Shown piece after piece: positions 9,903 to 19,839 of a DNA stretch of 64,000 bases. This DNA is from Candidatus Izemoplasmatales bacterium (GTDB lineage Bacteria; Bacillota_I; Bacilli_A; Izemoplasmatales; Hujiaoplasmataceae): the NCBI GenBank assembly GCA_050949045.1, contig JBMNEZ010000001.1:928001-992000 (forward strand). The letters run 5' to 3'. How positions within the stretch are numbered: position 1 is the stretch's first letter; each line of letters begins with the position of its first letter. The notes below the pieces were generated by a model. That model worked only from the letters and a program-made list of their open reading frames with translations. It searched no databases and was not told the DNA's origin. A program made the position numbers and the translations under genes.

Positions 9903-9931
9903 ATTATAATATCACAATATCGAATTGTCAA
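9903..9931 (-). promoter_or_regulatory. Consensus sigma-A promoter of the riboswitch-controlled operon
   Basis: TTGACA (9931-9926), 17 bp spacer, TATAAT (9908-9903), just upstream of the aptamer. Confidence 0.9.
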
Positions 9932-10109
9932 GAAGAATGAAACTATTTTTGCTAAAATTCTGTTCAATAAACTTCACATGCAAACAATCAATCTCCGGAC
10001 TTTTGCCATCAGCATATTTCCATCATGCAAATCGCGCAAGATAATTGTTGTTTTTGAAAATAAAAAATGTTATCATAATGAGTGCGAAATTGTTAAGGAG
10101 TGGAATTGC

Positions 10110-13100
10110 ATGAAAAGCATACTCACCAAGAAAGTCATCATTATATTCAGTATTTTAATCGCCATCGTCGCCACCGCTGTCATTATCGCCTTTTCGACGG
10201 GCAATACCCGCTACCCGTCTTTGAGCGACCCTGACGGCATCTTTTATGAACGGCTGGACGATCAGGGAAAGGTTATGTATTCAATATCCAATAAAGAACT
10301 CTATGAGACTATTAAGGCCGAAGACGGTCTTCAACAGCTTCTCCTCTTGGCCGATACGACTCTGCTCAAAGACTATCTTGACCAAGTGACCGACGACATG
10401 ATCGCCGATAAAATCTTGATTCTGAAATATGGAAGTTCCGACCCCGACAAACTGGCACTGATTGACGAAGAAACCATCGAACAATTCGACAACAGTTTCA
10501 AACTTAACATGCTCCTTCTGGGCTACGATGGCAACGAGGAGGAATACGCATCCATTCTCCTCGCCCGGGAAATGTATGCAAGAGAGCAGCTCAGAACCGA
10601 CGACACGATCAAGGACTTGGATGTTGCCAAGCAGTTTCTGAACAAGACCTTTGCGGATATCCAGGCTGTTCGAATCCGCTTCACCAGTACCCAAGACTAC
10701 AAAGCCGTCATGCAGAAGTTCAATCTCCTTGACTATGATACCAAAGATCTCCGTGAGTATCTTGGATATTATTTCAAAAATGAAACTTTTCTTGATAATC
10801 AAGACAATATCGTTGAAGCTTATATCACTGTTCATCCTTTTTACTTTGACGACAAACAAAACATCTGCGATTATAATGAGACGATTGTCTATACCATTGG
10901 TGAAGGCGATATCTATGTCGACAATGCCGATAAAGAATACACCCTCGACAATGACGGAAACCTGATCGATGCTGATCAAGAGGTCATCATCGAAGCTGCG
11001 CTGTTGTTTGACAGTTTTGAAGAAGCAGACACCTACAAGGAAGAGAATACGACTTATTACACCGTTACAAAGACCGACCCCTTCGACGAGGATGAGAATC
11101 CGGTTGTCAAAGACAATACTGATACCGTCGTCTACATCCTTAAAGATAACAAAGTCTATGACACCGAGAACAACGATGTCACCACCACTTCCGGACTCTA
11201 TGTGAATAAAGTCTTTGCCAAGATAACCTCGGTGGCAGTGGCAACCCTCAATAATTCCCGTGAACTGACCGATGAGGAAGTGCTGCACAAATACATATTG
11301 ATGTACAACTACGTGTATGGCGCCTATCGGACCCCGCTTCCGGAAGCCGCTTCCATCGCCGATTTGATTGCGCTTGAAAACGAAGATCTGATGTACTCAT
11401 TCGCTGATGTAAATGAAATTTCTTCCGACCTAGCCGCTTATATGTTTAAAACCATCGATCTTGAAAACGAGGATGCGAGTCGCTATTCAAGTTCCGGGAA
11501 AGCTTTTGCGATATCCAACACAGTTTACTATTACATGGTTTTCAAACTTAATCAAGGCGACGACAAGAAAACGTATGAGGAGACGATGCTCGACAATATC
11601 GTGACTCAGATCCGGATCCCGACAACGATCGGTGACACGATCGCCCCGATGACTTCCAGTTGGTATGATTCGGCCATCAGTTGGACTTCTGCGAACAATA
11701 ACGTCATCACCGGTGCCGGTGTAGTCACAAAACCTAATGTGGACACCGAGGTCGAACTCACGTACCGGATCACATTCAACGGCAGAATCCGCACCGGCAA
11801 GGTGACGGTTACCGTCCTTGCGAATGGCGAAACGATTCCCGTTGAGGCAAGCACCGATACGGAGATTCCTTTCAAAACAATCCTTGACGATGACGACCTG
11901 TATGATGATCTGACGGAGATTCTCGTCGAGGAAAAAATGACTGATTCGAATTCGTCTAACACAATTAATACTTATCTCAACAAACTGCGTGCTAAATACA
12001 ATTTCAAAATCTATGACTATCTGATCGGACTCGAATATCACAATTTCTACATCGATTACGACCACAAGACCAAGGGAAACAAGCGCCTTGTAGCTTCGCT
12101 TTCCGGCAGACCGGGAGCCGCTGAAACAGCAATCGAGTTCACCGCTGACGACTTGTTCACATACGCGCTCACCAAGAATCCCTCGGTTTACTTGATGTAC
12201 GCCTCCCGTTTCAAGGAAATCCTCACTACCCCTTACTATCAAACCGTCTTCGGCTCCGAGAAGAAAATCATGAAAAACAAGTCGGAGAAGATGGAAGAGA
12301 TGCTCAAGTATGTCGATTCGGTCAAGAACTATTATGCCTATCTGCAACAGCTCTATGCCCAGTACAATATGGAGTTCCCGTATGCATCATTCAATGACTA
12401 CATTTATCTCCAGTTCAATGGCGCCAAATCGGAGACCGACCTGCTCGAGAAAGCGATTGTCTCAGCGCTTCAAGACCACCAGATACGTGAAACAATCAAT
12501 AATTACGATCTGCTTGAATTAATGTATCCAACAATCGAGGAATACTACGACAACTATTTCAGCCTTTATGTTACCCATCTTCTTGTTTTCCTTGATTTTG
12601 ACGAAAATGACAGGCCTGATGACTACATTGAATATGTCGATGGTCTGGCTCCCGCAGATGCGGACGCCCTCGATGCTCTCATCGCCGCCCTTGAAACCGA
12701 CATCCTTGCTTATCTTGAAGAAGAGAGCAACACCTTGTTTACGCTAGCTTCGGACTATAAGGCTGCGACCCGTGAGGACGAAACCTGGGGTGTTTATAAA
12801 CAAAAAGGCTTGTTCCTCCTCACCCAGGAGCTGAACAAAAAGGACGACAAAGATGTCAAACATTCGCTCGAATACTTCGGCGATTACGGAGTCAGCGATG
12901 AATTGATTCCCGAATTCGTCACCGCTCTCAAGGATCTCTACGACGAATACAATCTGCCACAGAATATCGATAATGAAGAAATGCTGTCAAGCATCGTTGA
13001 AACCAAGTTCGGCAACCACTTGATTCTCGGGACCAAGGGGGATTACTTCACGCAACCAAGCGCCGCTTTCGCGGAAGCAGATCCGGATAATCCGATCTAC

Positions 13101-13463
13101 GATCCGGATACCGTCAATCCTAATGACAAGCCGACTCTCAAACAAATCCAGTTATATGCCGAATATTTCTTCTATGACAAATTCTATGATCTTTCCGAAC
13201 CGGGCGTCGAAGCGAAATATGGTTTCACGTATCCCAAAATAAAGGCTTCGCTGAGAACCGCCATCGCCACATATGCCAAAGATCTGGTTTCCAGTTCCTT
13301 TGTCATCGGCACCATCAACATCAACCAGGCCACCAAAATGGCCGGCGGCAGATTCATTCCCTCGGATTATTACGACCAGACCAACGCCGAACTGATCGCC
13401 CTTTTTGAAGCGATTAAAGATGCGCACTTCAAAGCCATGTACGGAAAATACGAGAACGATTAG
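10110..13463 (+). CDS. Large membrane-anchored tandem PrsA/parvulin-like foldase with an internal Ig-like domain (~1117 aa)
   Basis: Start ATG 10110 (RBS AAGGAG). N-terminal TM; PrsA-like ISNKELYETIK and LNKLRAKYNFKIYD; Ig-like ISWTSANNNVI...VVTKP; parvulin motifs VTHLLV, LIPEF, SIVETKFGNHLI. Confidence 0.65.
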   Translation: MKSILTKKVIIIFSILIAIVATAVIIAFSTGNTRYPSLSDPDGIFYERLDDQGKVMYSISNKELYETIKAEDGLQQLLLLADTTLLKDYLDQVTDDMIADKILILKYGSSDPDKLALIDEETIEQFDNSFKLNMLLLGYDGNEEEYASILLAREMYAREQLRTDDTIKDLDVAKQFLNKTFADIQAVRIRFTSTQDYKAVMQKFNLLDYDTKDLREYLGYYFKNETFLDNQDNIVEAYITVHPFYFDDKQNICDYNETIVYTIGEGDIYVDNADKEYTLDNDGNLIDADQEVIIEAALLFDSFEEADTYKEENTTYYTVTKTDPFDEDENPVVKDNTDTVVYILKDNKVYDTENNDVTTTSGLYVNKVFAKITSVAVATLNNSRELTDEEVLHKYILMYNYVYGAYRTPLPEAASIADLIALENEDLMYSFADVNEISSDLAAYMFKTIDLENEDASRYSSSGKAFAISNTVYYYMVFKLNQGDDKKTYEETMLDNIVTQIRIPTTIGDTIAPMTSSWYDSAISWTSANNNVITGAGVVTKPNVDTEVELTYRITFNGRIRTGKVTVTVLANGETIPVEASTDTEIPFKTILDDDDLYDDLTEILVEEKMTDSNSSNTINTYLNKLRAKYNFKIYDYLIGLEYHNFYIDYDHKTKGNKRLVASLSGRPGAAETAIEFTADDLFTYALTKNPSVYLMYASRFKEILTTPYYQTVFGSEKKIMKNKSEKMEEMLKYVDSVKNYYAYLQQLYAQYNMEFPYASFNDYIYLQFNGAKSETDLLEKAIVSALQDHQIRETINNYDLLELMYPTIEEYYDNYFSLYVTHLLVFLDFDENDRPDDYIEYVDGLAPADADALDALIAALETDILAYLEEESNTLFTLASDYKAATREDETWGVYKQKGLFLLTQELNKKDDKDVKHSLEYFGDYGVSDELIPEFVTALKDLYDEYNLPQNIDNEEMLSSIVETKFGNHLILGTKGDYFTQPSAAFAEADPDNPIYDPDTVNPNDKPTLKQIQLYAEYFFYDKFYDLSEPGVEAKYGFTYPKIKASLRTAIATYAKDLVSSSFVIGTININQATKMAGGRFIPSDYYDQTNAELIALFEAIKDAHFKAMYGKYEND

Positions 13464-13468
13464 ACAAT

Positions 13469-13499
13469 AAAAACCTGAGATTTCGGTCTCAGGTTTTTT
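13469..13499. terminator. Bidirectional intrinsic terminator
   Basis: AAAAACCTGAGA-TTTCGG-TCTCAGGTTTTTT between convergent genes. Confidence 0.8.
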
Positions 13500-14028
13500 G
13501 TGTCCGGCAGTCAGCGATCAAATTCCAGATCGCTTTTTTGTCGGTAAAATCGACGTGTTTTCCATAAAACTCAATGAACTTTTGGGTCTCTTCGTCCCGC
13601 TTTGAAGGGACAATCCGCTTAAGATGCCTGAAGACGATTCCCAGCGCGGCCTTGTGTTTCAGCGAAAGTTTGGCGTAATTGATTTCTCCCGGAAACACGT
13701 ATGATTTCAGCCTGTGGCGCATATCTTTCCTCAGTCTGCGGGAGAGATCGAGATAAAGATCCTGATGTGATATCTGCCCAAGCGAGACAAAGAAAACAAA
13801 AATACGCGTGTCTTCCCTCTTTAAGAGTAGTTTCTTGATTATCGACATACGGATGCTCTTAGCAGCGAAAACCGGAACGCCGATGATGATGTTATCGTAT
13901 TCGTAGAGGTCATCGGGATTGACATCATCGATCCCGATGAAATCAGCCTTGAGTTCATCTCTGATCCACTCGGCATATTTTTTTGTCGAACCGTAGATAG
14001 ATTTATAGATAACAAGAGTGTCTTTCAT
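13489..14028 (-). CDS. Flavodoxin-domain protein (HemG/Flavodoxin_5-like)
   Basis: LVIYKSIYGSTKKYAEWI FMN-binding loop; ends HVDFTDKKAI. Confidence 0.85.
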   Translation of the reverse strand: MKDTLVIYKSIYGSTKKYAEWIRDELKADFIGIDDVNPDDLYEYDNIIIGVPVFAAKSIRMSIIKKLLLKREDTRIFVFFVSLGQISHQDLYLDLSRRLRKDMRHRLKSYVFPGEINYAKLSLKHKAALGIVFRHLKRIVPSKRDEETQKFIEFYGKHVDFTDKKAIWNLIADCRTQKT

Positions 14029-14042
14029 TATTTATTACACCA

Positions 14043-14972
14043 CTAGTGTTTTGCGAGTTTGTGCTTGTAGTAGCGCTCGCGATCCAAAACACCGATCGGC
14101 GAAGTCAGATCGCCGGTTTCGATTAGAGCGAGTTCCTCGCCGAGGACACAGACCTTCGAATCAATGTTATCAAGAAAATGGATGATCAGAGCTTCGGCGA
14201 TGTTCGGGCGCTTCGGAGAGCCGAAATTCCCATAGTAATGATGACTGATCATGATATGTTGGAGCAACATCGCTTCTTCGGTGTCGGCGTGGCCGAGCGC
14301 GATGGCAGCCTGGTCGATTATGTTCGCACCCATTGTGATATGTCCGAGCAAACGCCCCTTGATCGTATATTCACTGCCTTCAAACGTATCGAACTCGAGA
14401 ATTTTGGCGACATCATGGAGGATGACACCGGCATAGACCAAATCAGCAGAGAGGAACGGATAAACGGCAAGAAAACCGTCGGCCAGCTTCAGCATCGAAT
14501 TCGTGTGATAGGCGAGCCCCGAAATATAGGCATGATGATACTTCGTCGCCGCCGGAAACAGGTAAAAATCATCCTGATATTTGTCGAGGATATATTTTGT
14601 GATCTCCGCGATCACCGGGTTCTCAATCGCCTGCAGTTTGGCTTCGATTCCTTTTCTGACCTCGGCGAGATCGATAGGCGCATAATGGTAGAATACCCGC
14701 ATTAGCCTTTCCTTTTCATCATCGTCAAGCTTCATCTCACCAATGATGACTACCGATTTAGCAAGCAGGTGGATCTTGTCCTTGAAAGCGATGGCCTCAG
14801 TCTTGAAATAATAGATCTTGTTCAGCGAGAGGTTGATCTCCTTATCAACTCTGACAATCAGACTCTCGCCGGCTTCGCTGGTGACATTGCATGCATACGT
14901 GTCATAGGTCGAGGGATTGATGTTTTCGATTTTGCCGTAGAAGTCGTATTTTTGACCGATTTCGTAGTTCAT
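14043..14972 (-). CDS. yhaM: HD-domain 3'-5' exoribonuclease YhaM/Cbf1 family
   Basis: PAATKYHHAYISGLAYHT, ILHDVAKI, GHI, HHY, DNIDSK; start reset to ATG 14972. Confidence 0.85.
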   Translation of the reverse strand: MNYEIGQKYDFYGKIENINPSTYDTYACNVTSEAGESLIVRVDKEINLSLNKIYYFKTEAIAFKDKIHLLAKSVVIIGEMKLDDDEKERLMRVFYHYAPIDLAEVRKGIEAKLQAIENPVIAEITKYILDKYQDDFYLFPAATKYHHAYISGLAYHTNSMLKLADGFLAVYPFLSADLVYAGVILHDVAKILEFDTFEGSEYTIKGRLLGHITMGANIIDQAAIALGHADTEEAMLLQHIMISHHYYGNFGSPKRPNIAEALIIHFLDNIDSKVCVLGEELALIETGDLTSPIGVLDRERYYKHKLAKH

Positions 14973-14976
14973 TGTC

Positions 14977-17076
14977 TCACATGCCTTTCTTCTTGAAAAG
15001 ATATGTTCCGAGTTCTTTGATCTGGTAGACGCCATTGCCGATCTCCTCAAGTTCGGAGGCCGAAGTCAGGACCAGTTCATAATCGGCGGGAACCGATATA
15101 TTTTCCCTATGGTCAAGCGGTTTGAAAACGAGGATCAGATTGCCTTTTCTGTGGTAGTGGATGAGAAGCGTTTTCGAAGCCAAAACCGTTGTCTCCGACT
15201 CGGCGATCAGTTCCGAGTGAAACCGGAGGCGGAGACAGGGATTGTCTTTTCGAAACTTAATCAATTCCCTGATGAAGTTGATGTACTTGAGATTCTCATC
15301 CACGGCTTCCCAGTTGATTTTGTTTATGATGTCTCCGGACTTATAGCTGTTGTCCTCATTCATCTTTGTCCGAAAGAATTCCTGTCCCATATGGATGAAG
15401 GGGACACCCTGGGCAAGGATGACCATCGCCGTCGCCAGGAGTTGTTGTCTCTTCGCCAACTTTTCATTCTTCGACATCAGCATCGCCTTATCGTGAAAAG
15501 TCATGTTGTCGTGGCATTCCACATAGTTGATCGACTGACTGGTATATTTGAAGAGATAACGGTTGCGGGCGCTTCCGAGCATGAGTTCGGCTACCAGCGG
15601 TGCCTCTTGGGGATTGCCCGTGGCATAGCCTTTTTCCAAAGGTTCAAAAGTCTTGCCTTTGATGGTATCGCGGAAAACGTCATTGAAGAATCCGATCGTG
15701 TAGAGCACGTTTTTGTTGCGCATATGTGCCATCCTGTCGGCGAGATTGGACGCATGGAGGCGCCAACCCTCTCCGTAAACAATCAGATGATCAGAAAGCT
15801 CATGGAGTTCCTGCCTGAGCTCATTCATCGTCTCGAAATCGATGATCCCCATCAGATCGAAGCGGAAGCCGTCGATTTTGAACTCTTTTGCCCAGTACAA
15901 GACAGAATCGATGATCAGTTTCCTAGTCATCTTCCGGTAGGTCGCAAGATCGTTCTTACAGCCGGAATAGTTTGTCATAATCCCTTCACGGTCAACGTTG
16001 AAGGCATAGCCGGGAACCAGTTTCTCGAGTGAAAACTGCGATGCTTCATAGACATGGTTGTAGACGACGTCCATAATGACGGAAATGCCGTTTTCATGCA
16101 AGCCGTCGACCATCATCTTTAATTCATCGATCCGCTTGTAGGGATCATCCGGTTCGGTGGCGTACCATCCTTCGGGAACGAAGTATTGTTCGGGATTGTA
16201 ACCCCAATTGTAGAGAAAATCGGGGTTGTTCTCATCAACGCCCCCAAAGTCGATCAGAGGCATTATCTGCACATGTGTTATCCCAAGGTATTTCAGATAA
16301 TCTAGGCCGGCGGGATTGCCGCCGAGAGTCTTGAGTTTTTTCTCGATGACTCCCAGATATTTCCCGCGATGAGTGAACGGAACGTTCTCATCCATTGAGA
16401 AGTCCCTAACGTTCATCTCGTAGATGACGCTGTCAAGGTAGTTCCCTTTGAAAGAGGATTCATGGTTGAACACATATAGTTTTTCTTTGTCGATGACATA
16501 ATTGTAATCGCCGTTTGCCGTGCTTGCGATCCCATAGGGATCTCCTACAATCTGTTCTTGACCGTTGACATAGACGTGATAGCGATACCTGACACCTTCG
16601 AGATCGCCCTTGACGACTAGCCTCCAGACACCGGCATTCGTGTAGAACATCGCTCTGGTCTCACTGGTGCCGTCTTTGTAGATCAGACACAAATGGACAT
16701 ACTTGGCCACCGGTGTCCAAATTTTGAATTTTGTGGCGGTTTTCTGATATGTCGCGCCGAGATCATCTTTTTTATAGTAATAGATGTTATCAAATAGTTC
16801 TGTCCTGACAATTTTCCCCGTATAGAGCTCGGACTTCTCTTCTTTGTCAGAAACGACGTGATAGATCATCCTAAGTTCGATATAAGCATCAAAAACACAG
16901 ACCAGTTTCGTCTCGTTTCCGATCGGAATCCGCTCCTTGATGTCAAGATCGATCACTTCATCGTTACCGAGCAGCCGGTACTTGGTCTTTTCACGATAAT
17001 GACGGTTGGGGATGATGATTGTGATTTCGTTGAAATCGTCTAGATAGCAGTAAAATTTACGGTTGTCCTGAGCCAT
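14977..17076 (-). CDS. pulA: Type I pullulanase (GH13)
   Basis: YNWGYNP, DVVYNH, GFRFDLMG, YGEGW and YVECHDN motifs; no signal peptide. Confidence 0.93.
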   Translation of the reverse strand: MAQDNRKFYCYLDDFNEITIIIPNRHYREKTKYRLLGNDEVIDLDIKERIPIGNETKLVCVFDAYIELRMIYHVVSDKEEKSELYTGKIVRTELFDNIYYYKKDDLGATYQKTATKFKIWTPVAKYVHLCLIYKDGTSETRAMFYTNAGVWRLVVKGDLEGVRYRYHVYVNGQEQIVGDPYGIASTANGDYNYVIDKEKLYVFNHESSFKGNYLDSVIYEMNVRDFSMDENVPFTHRGKYLGVIEKKLKTLGGNPAGLDYLKYLGITHVQIMPLIDFGGVDENNPDFLYNWGYNPEQYFVPEGWYATEPDDPYKRIDELKMMVDGLHENGISVIMDVVYNHVYEASQFSLEKLVPGYAFNVDREGIMTNYSGCKNDLATYRKMTRKLIIDSVLYWAKEFKIDGFRFDLMGIIDFETMNELRQELHELSDHLIVYGEGWRLHASNLADRMAHMRNKNVLYTIGFFNDVFRDTIKGKTFEPLEKGYATGNPQEAPLVAELMLGSARNRYLFKYTSQSINYVECHDNMTFHDKAMLMSKNEKLAKRQQLLATAMVILAQGVPFIHMGQEFFRTKMNEDNSYKSGDIINKINWEAVDENLKYINFIRELIKFRKDNPCLRLRFHSELIAESETTVLASKTLLIHYHRKGNLILVFKPLDHRENISVPADYELVLTSASELEEIGNGVYQIKELGTYLFKKKGM

Positions 17077-18272
17077 TATTCTAATTCCGTCCGCTTTTTC
17101 TCAAGTATTTTTTTCACATACTCCAAAATCTCGTCTTTGTTGTTTTGTAGTTTGCCTATAACAACCGCATTGACTACTTCGTCAATGGTGGATCCGATCA
17201 GTCTTTCATCTATTTCCGGCCATCCGGTCTTGATGTCTTCCGCTCCAAAGTCAAGTTCGCGTGATGACCTGATCGGCAAACTATTCCAAATGTCGCAAAC
17301 GGCATCTTCCTGATTTGTGGGCTGACCCAAATACATGAGAATCCGATTCGCCGACAAACAAAGATCAAGCCCGTAACGATAGACAAGCAGTCTGGAGAAA
17401 GGCTTGTCTATGGTTGCCTGAACGAGTTCCGTCAACACTGCAATGTGTTTTCTCTCTTTGTTAGAAAACCGCCATTCTTTGGGAATATCCGTATATCCCA
17501 TCAAATAAAAAGACAAGGCATAAAACTCCCAAACGCTGAGGTTATAAAAAGTACGCGTTGAAATGAGTTCGAGAGCTTTTTTTAGATCCTTGATAGCATC
17601 TCCCATTTGGTGTTCGTGCATCATTTTCAGCGCCAGATGAGCCTTAGGATAACTGATGATCTTTTCAAGTTCGCCGATGATTCTCTCGGACGCAATCTTC
17701 TCGAGAAGCCCAATGGACTTGACAAGCGCTTGCGAAGTCTTCTCCTCCAAAGAAAAACCCAGTTTGGCTACAAAGCGAAAAGCCCTCAGTATTCGAAGAG
17801 CATCTTCTTGGAAACGCTCATTCGGATCCCCGACTGCCCGAATGAGGCGCTTCTTAAGGTCATCACGTCCATTGAAGGGATCGATAACCTCCATCTGCGC
17901 CGACATGGCCATGGCGTTGATCGTGAAATCTCGGCGTTTGAGATCCTCCTCAAGGCTGTCACTGAAATAGATCGTTTCCGGATGGCGGTAATCAATGTAT
18001 CCGCCTTCCTTGCGGAAAGTAGTGACTTCAAATTTGTATTTCCCGACAAAAACAGTCACAGTGCCGTATTTTACGCCAGTCGGCTTGGTTAACGGAAAAA
18101 CAGCGGCTACCTCACCCGGTGTCGCATCGGTGGCGATATCTATGTCATCGGTGGGAATGTGTAGAAGATAGTCCCGCACGAATCCACCGACAAAGAAAGC
18201 CTTGTGACCATGATTATTGAGAATATCGAGTACTTTGATGGCGGCTGCCAGTTGACTGTCCAAGTCAATCAC
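17076..18272 (-). CDS. cca: CCA-adding tRNA nucleotidyltransferase
   Basis: VGGFVRD, DIDIAT, EVTTFR, RRDFTINAMA, EDALRILRAFRF. Confidence 0.92.
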   Translation of the reverse strand: MIDLDSQLAAAIKVLDILNNHGHKAFFVGGFVRDYLLHIPTDDIDIATDATPGEVAAVFPLTKPTGVKYGTVTVFVGKYKFEVTTFRKEGGYIDYRHPETIYFSDSLEEDLKRRDFTINAMAMSAQMEVIDPFNGRDDLKKRLIRAVGDPNERFQEDALRILRAFRFVAKLGFSLEEKTSQALVKSIGLLEKIASERIIGELEKIISYPKAHLALKMMHEHQMGDAIKDLKKALELISTRTFYNLSVWEFYALSFYLMGYTDIPKEWRFSNKERKHIAVLTELVQATIDKPFSRLLVYRYGLDLCLSANRILMYLGQPTNQEDAVCDIWNSLPIRSSRELDFGAEDIKTGWPEIDERLIGSTIDEVVNAVVIGKLQNNKDEILEYVKKILEKKRTELE

Positions 18273-18352
18273 CTATTTAATTATACCATACGTTAATTAG
18301 GTATTCTATCATATTCGTTAAGGCTATGTTATAATTGAAACGGTGATCATCC

Positions 18353-18967
18353 ATGCGCTCTGTCAAATCATTGGCAACAGCTGAGATCGTCGTCAAAGGC
18401 TCGCGTTTTATCGCCCTTGTCGACCGTCTCGAGACAGTCGAATCGTTCCCAGATTTCCTTGATAAGAGTAAGAATGCCTATCCGGAGGCAACCCATTACT
18501 GTTATGCATACATTATCGGCGACAACCAACAATACCAGAAAGCCTATGATGACGGCGAACCAGTAAAAACAGCGGGTTGGCCCTTGCTAGAAACAATTAA
18601 AAAAGCAAAACTGACCGACGTGGCAGTGATCGTGGTTCGCTATTTTGGCGGAGTCAAACTGGGTGCCGGAGGCTTGATCAGAGCCTATGGCCAAGCCGCA
18701 AGACAAGCGCTTGCGAAGGCTGAGTTTATCCAAAAAAAGCGCTTTGACCGTTATCAGATAGCCTTCGCCTATGATCATCTCAACGGTATCGATCACTGTC
18801 TAAATGAATCCTCATCCATCCTCAAAAAAGATTTCGCTGATAACGTCAAGTATCTTGTCGAGTTCGACCACGATCAAAGCGAAGTGTTAATCAGTCGTCT
18901 CAATGATCTCACAAAAGGTGCTTTGACACTCGAATTCGTTGGCTCAGAGTATTCCTACCGTTCCTGA
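18353..18967 (+). CDS. YigZ/IMPACT family protein
   Basis: KGSRFIA, ATHYCYAY, DDGEP, VVRYFGGVKLGAGGLIRAY. Confidence 0.93.
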   Translation: MRSVKSLATAEIVVKGSRFIALVDRLETVESFPDFLDKSKNAYPEATHYCYAYIIGDNQQYQKAYDDGEPVKTAGWPLLETIKKAKLTDVAVIVVRYFGGVKLGAGGLIRAYGQAARQALAKAEFIQKKRFDRYQIAFAYDHLNGIDHCLNESSSILKKDFADNVKYLVEFDHDQSEVLISRLNDLTKGALTLEFVGSEYSYRS

Positions 18968-18991
18968 TACCGCCCGCTTGGCGGTATTTTT

Positions 18992-19228
18992 TTAAAATAA
19001 TAGTTCATTCACCATTTCAAACAATGAAATGAAGGCATCCACAAACAAATAGCCCATAATAACTGAAACAACCATCAGGATGAAGCGAATCTGATTGGTC
19101 GAGTTCTGTTTGAAAACGCGAGAGAAATCGACCGCCTGCAAGGCAGTGTAAATGAACCAAGTCGCGACGAAAAAAAGGATGATCCGGGAAATCAAAAATA
19201 CGCGGGGATCGATTAACATAAGCATCAC
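18992..19228 (-). CDS. Small membrane protein, DUF1146 (YwzB-like)
   Basis: Two TM helices around ALQAVDFSRVFK...QIR; true start may be ATG 19219. Confidence 0.7.
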   Translation of the reverse strand: MMLMLIDPRVFLISRIILFFVATWFIYTALQAVDFSRVFKQNSTNQIRFILMVVSVIMGYLFVDAFISLFEMVNELLF

Positions 19229-19761
19229 TCCAGTACCGAATCCGGTATGAACTCATCGGATTCCATGTTTGTCATGATCGATACAACCAGTTCGTTGGGA
19301 AGGCATACCAGCGGCTCAAGGCTTGATGATGTTGGTCGCTGCAACTGACAGATGTTCCGGGGGCTTTCTTGGTAGAGAACTTGAATCTTGCCGTTTTCAA
19401 TCTGCAGTTTGACCCCGACGATCTGATGGTCTCTGGCATAGGTGTCTGTCTCATATAAAGCAGTCATATCGGTCGTCGTGGTCCCGGGAACATAGAAGAT
19501 GCCTTCTTGAGCTCTTTGGACGATCACCTGGTCCTTGTACTGGGTATCGTAGACTTTATATTCAAAACTGTTGAGATCGATTATTAGAATCGTCTCATCA
19601 CGATAGCTGACTTTGGCAAAGACCGCCCCGGTCCTATTCGCGTTCTCCCACAACTTGAAACTAAGAAGCAGAACCAAACCGATGACAAGCAGGATGCCGA
19701 TAAAAATAAAATCTTGTTTTTTAATAGTCCCACTTCCTTTCCTTTTAAGTCTCTTATTCAA
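19225..19761 (-). CDS. NusG domain II-containing membrane-anchored protein (EetA-like)
   Basis: KKQDFIFI plus TM; C-terminal ESPRNIC...PLVCLPNELVV signature. Confidence 0.8.
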   Translation of the reverse strand: MNKRLKRKGSGTIKKQDFIFIGILLVIGLVLLLSFKLWENANRTGAVFAKVSYRDETILIIDLNSFEYKVYDTQYKDQVIVQRAQEGIFYVPGTTTTDMTALYETDTYARDHQIVGVKLQIENGKIQVLYQESPRNICQLQRPTSSSLEPLVCLPNELVVSIMTNMESDEFIPDSVLE

Positions 19762-19839
19762 ATAACTGATGATTAGAATTCAAAGAGTATTCGCTGGATT
19801 AATGAAAGACAATTATGTATAATAATCTAGGTGACAAAA

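Noticed and set aside
9765..10109. 115-aa N-terminal extension of the 1232-aa ORF
   Set aside because: It runs antisense across the riboswitch and promoter; the RBS and TM anchor point to ATG 10110
10281..12347. Long minus-strand ORFs of 335 and 286 aa
   Set aside because: Antisense to the foldase-like gene, no motifs; explained by codon bias
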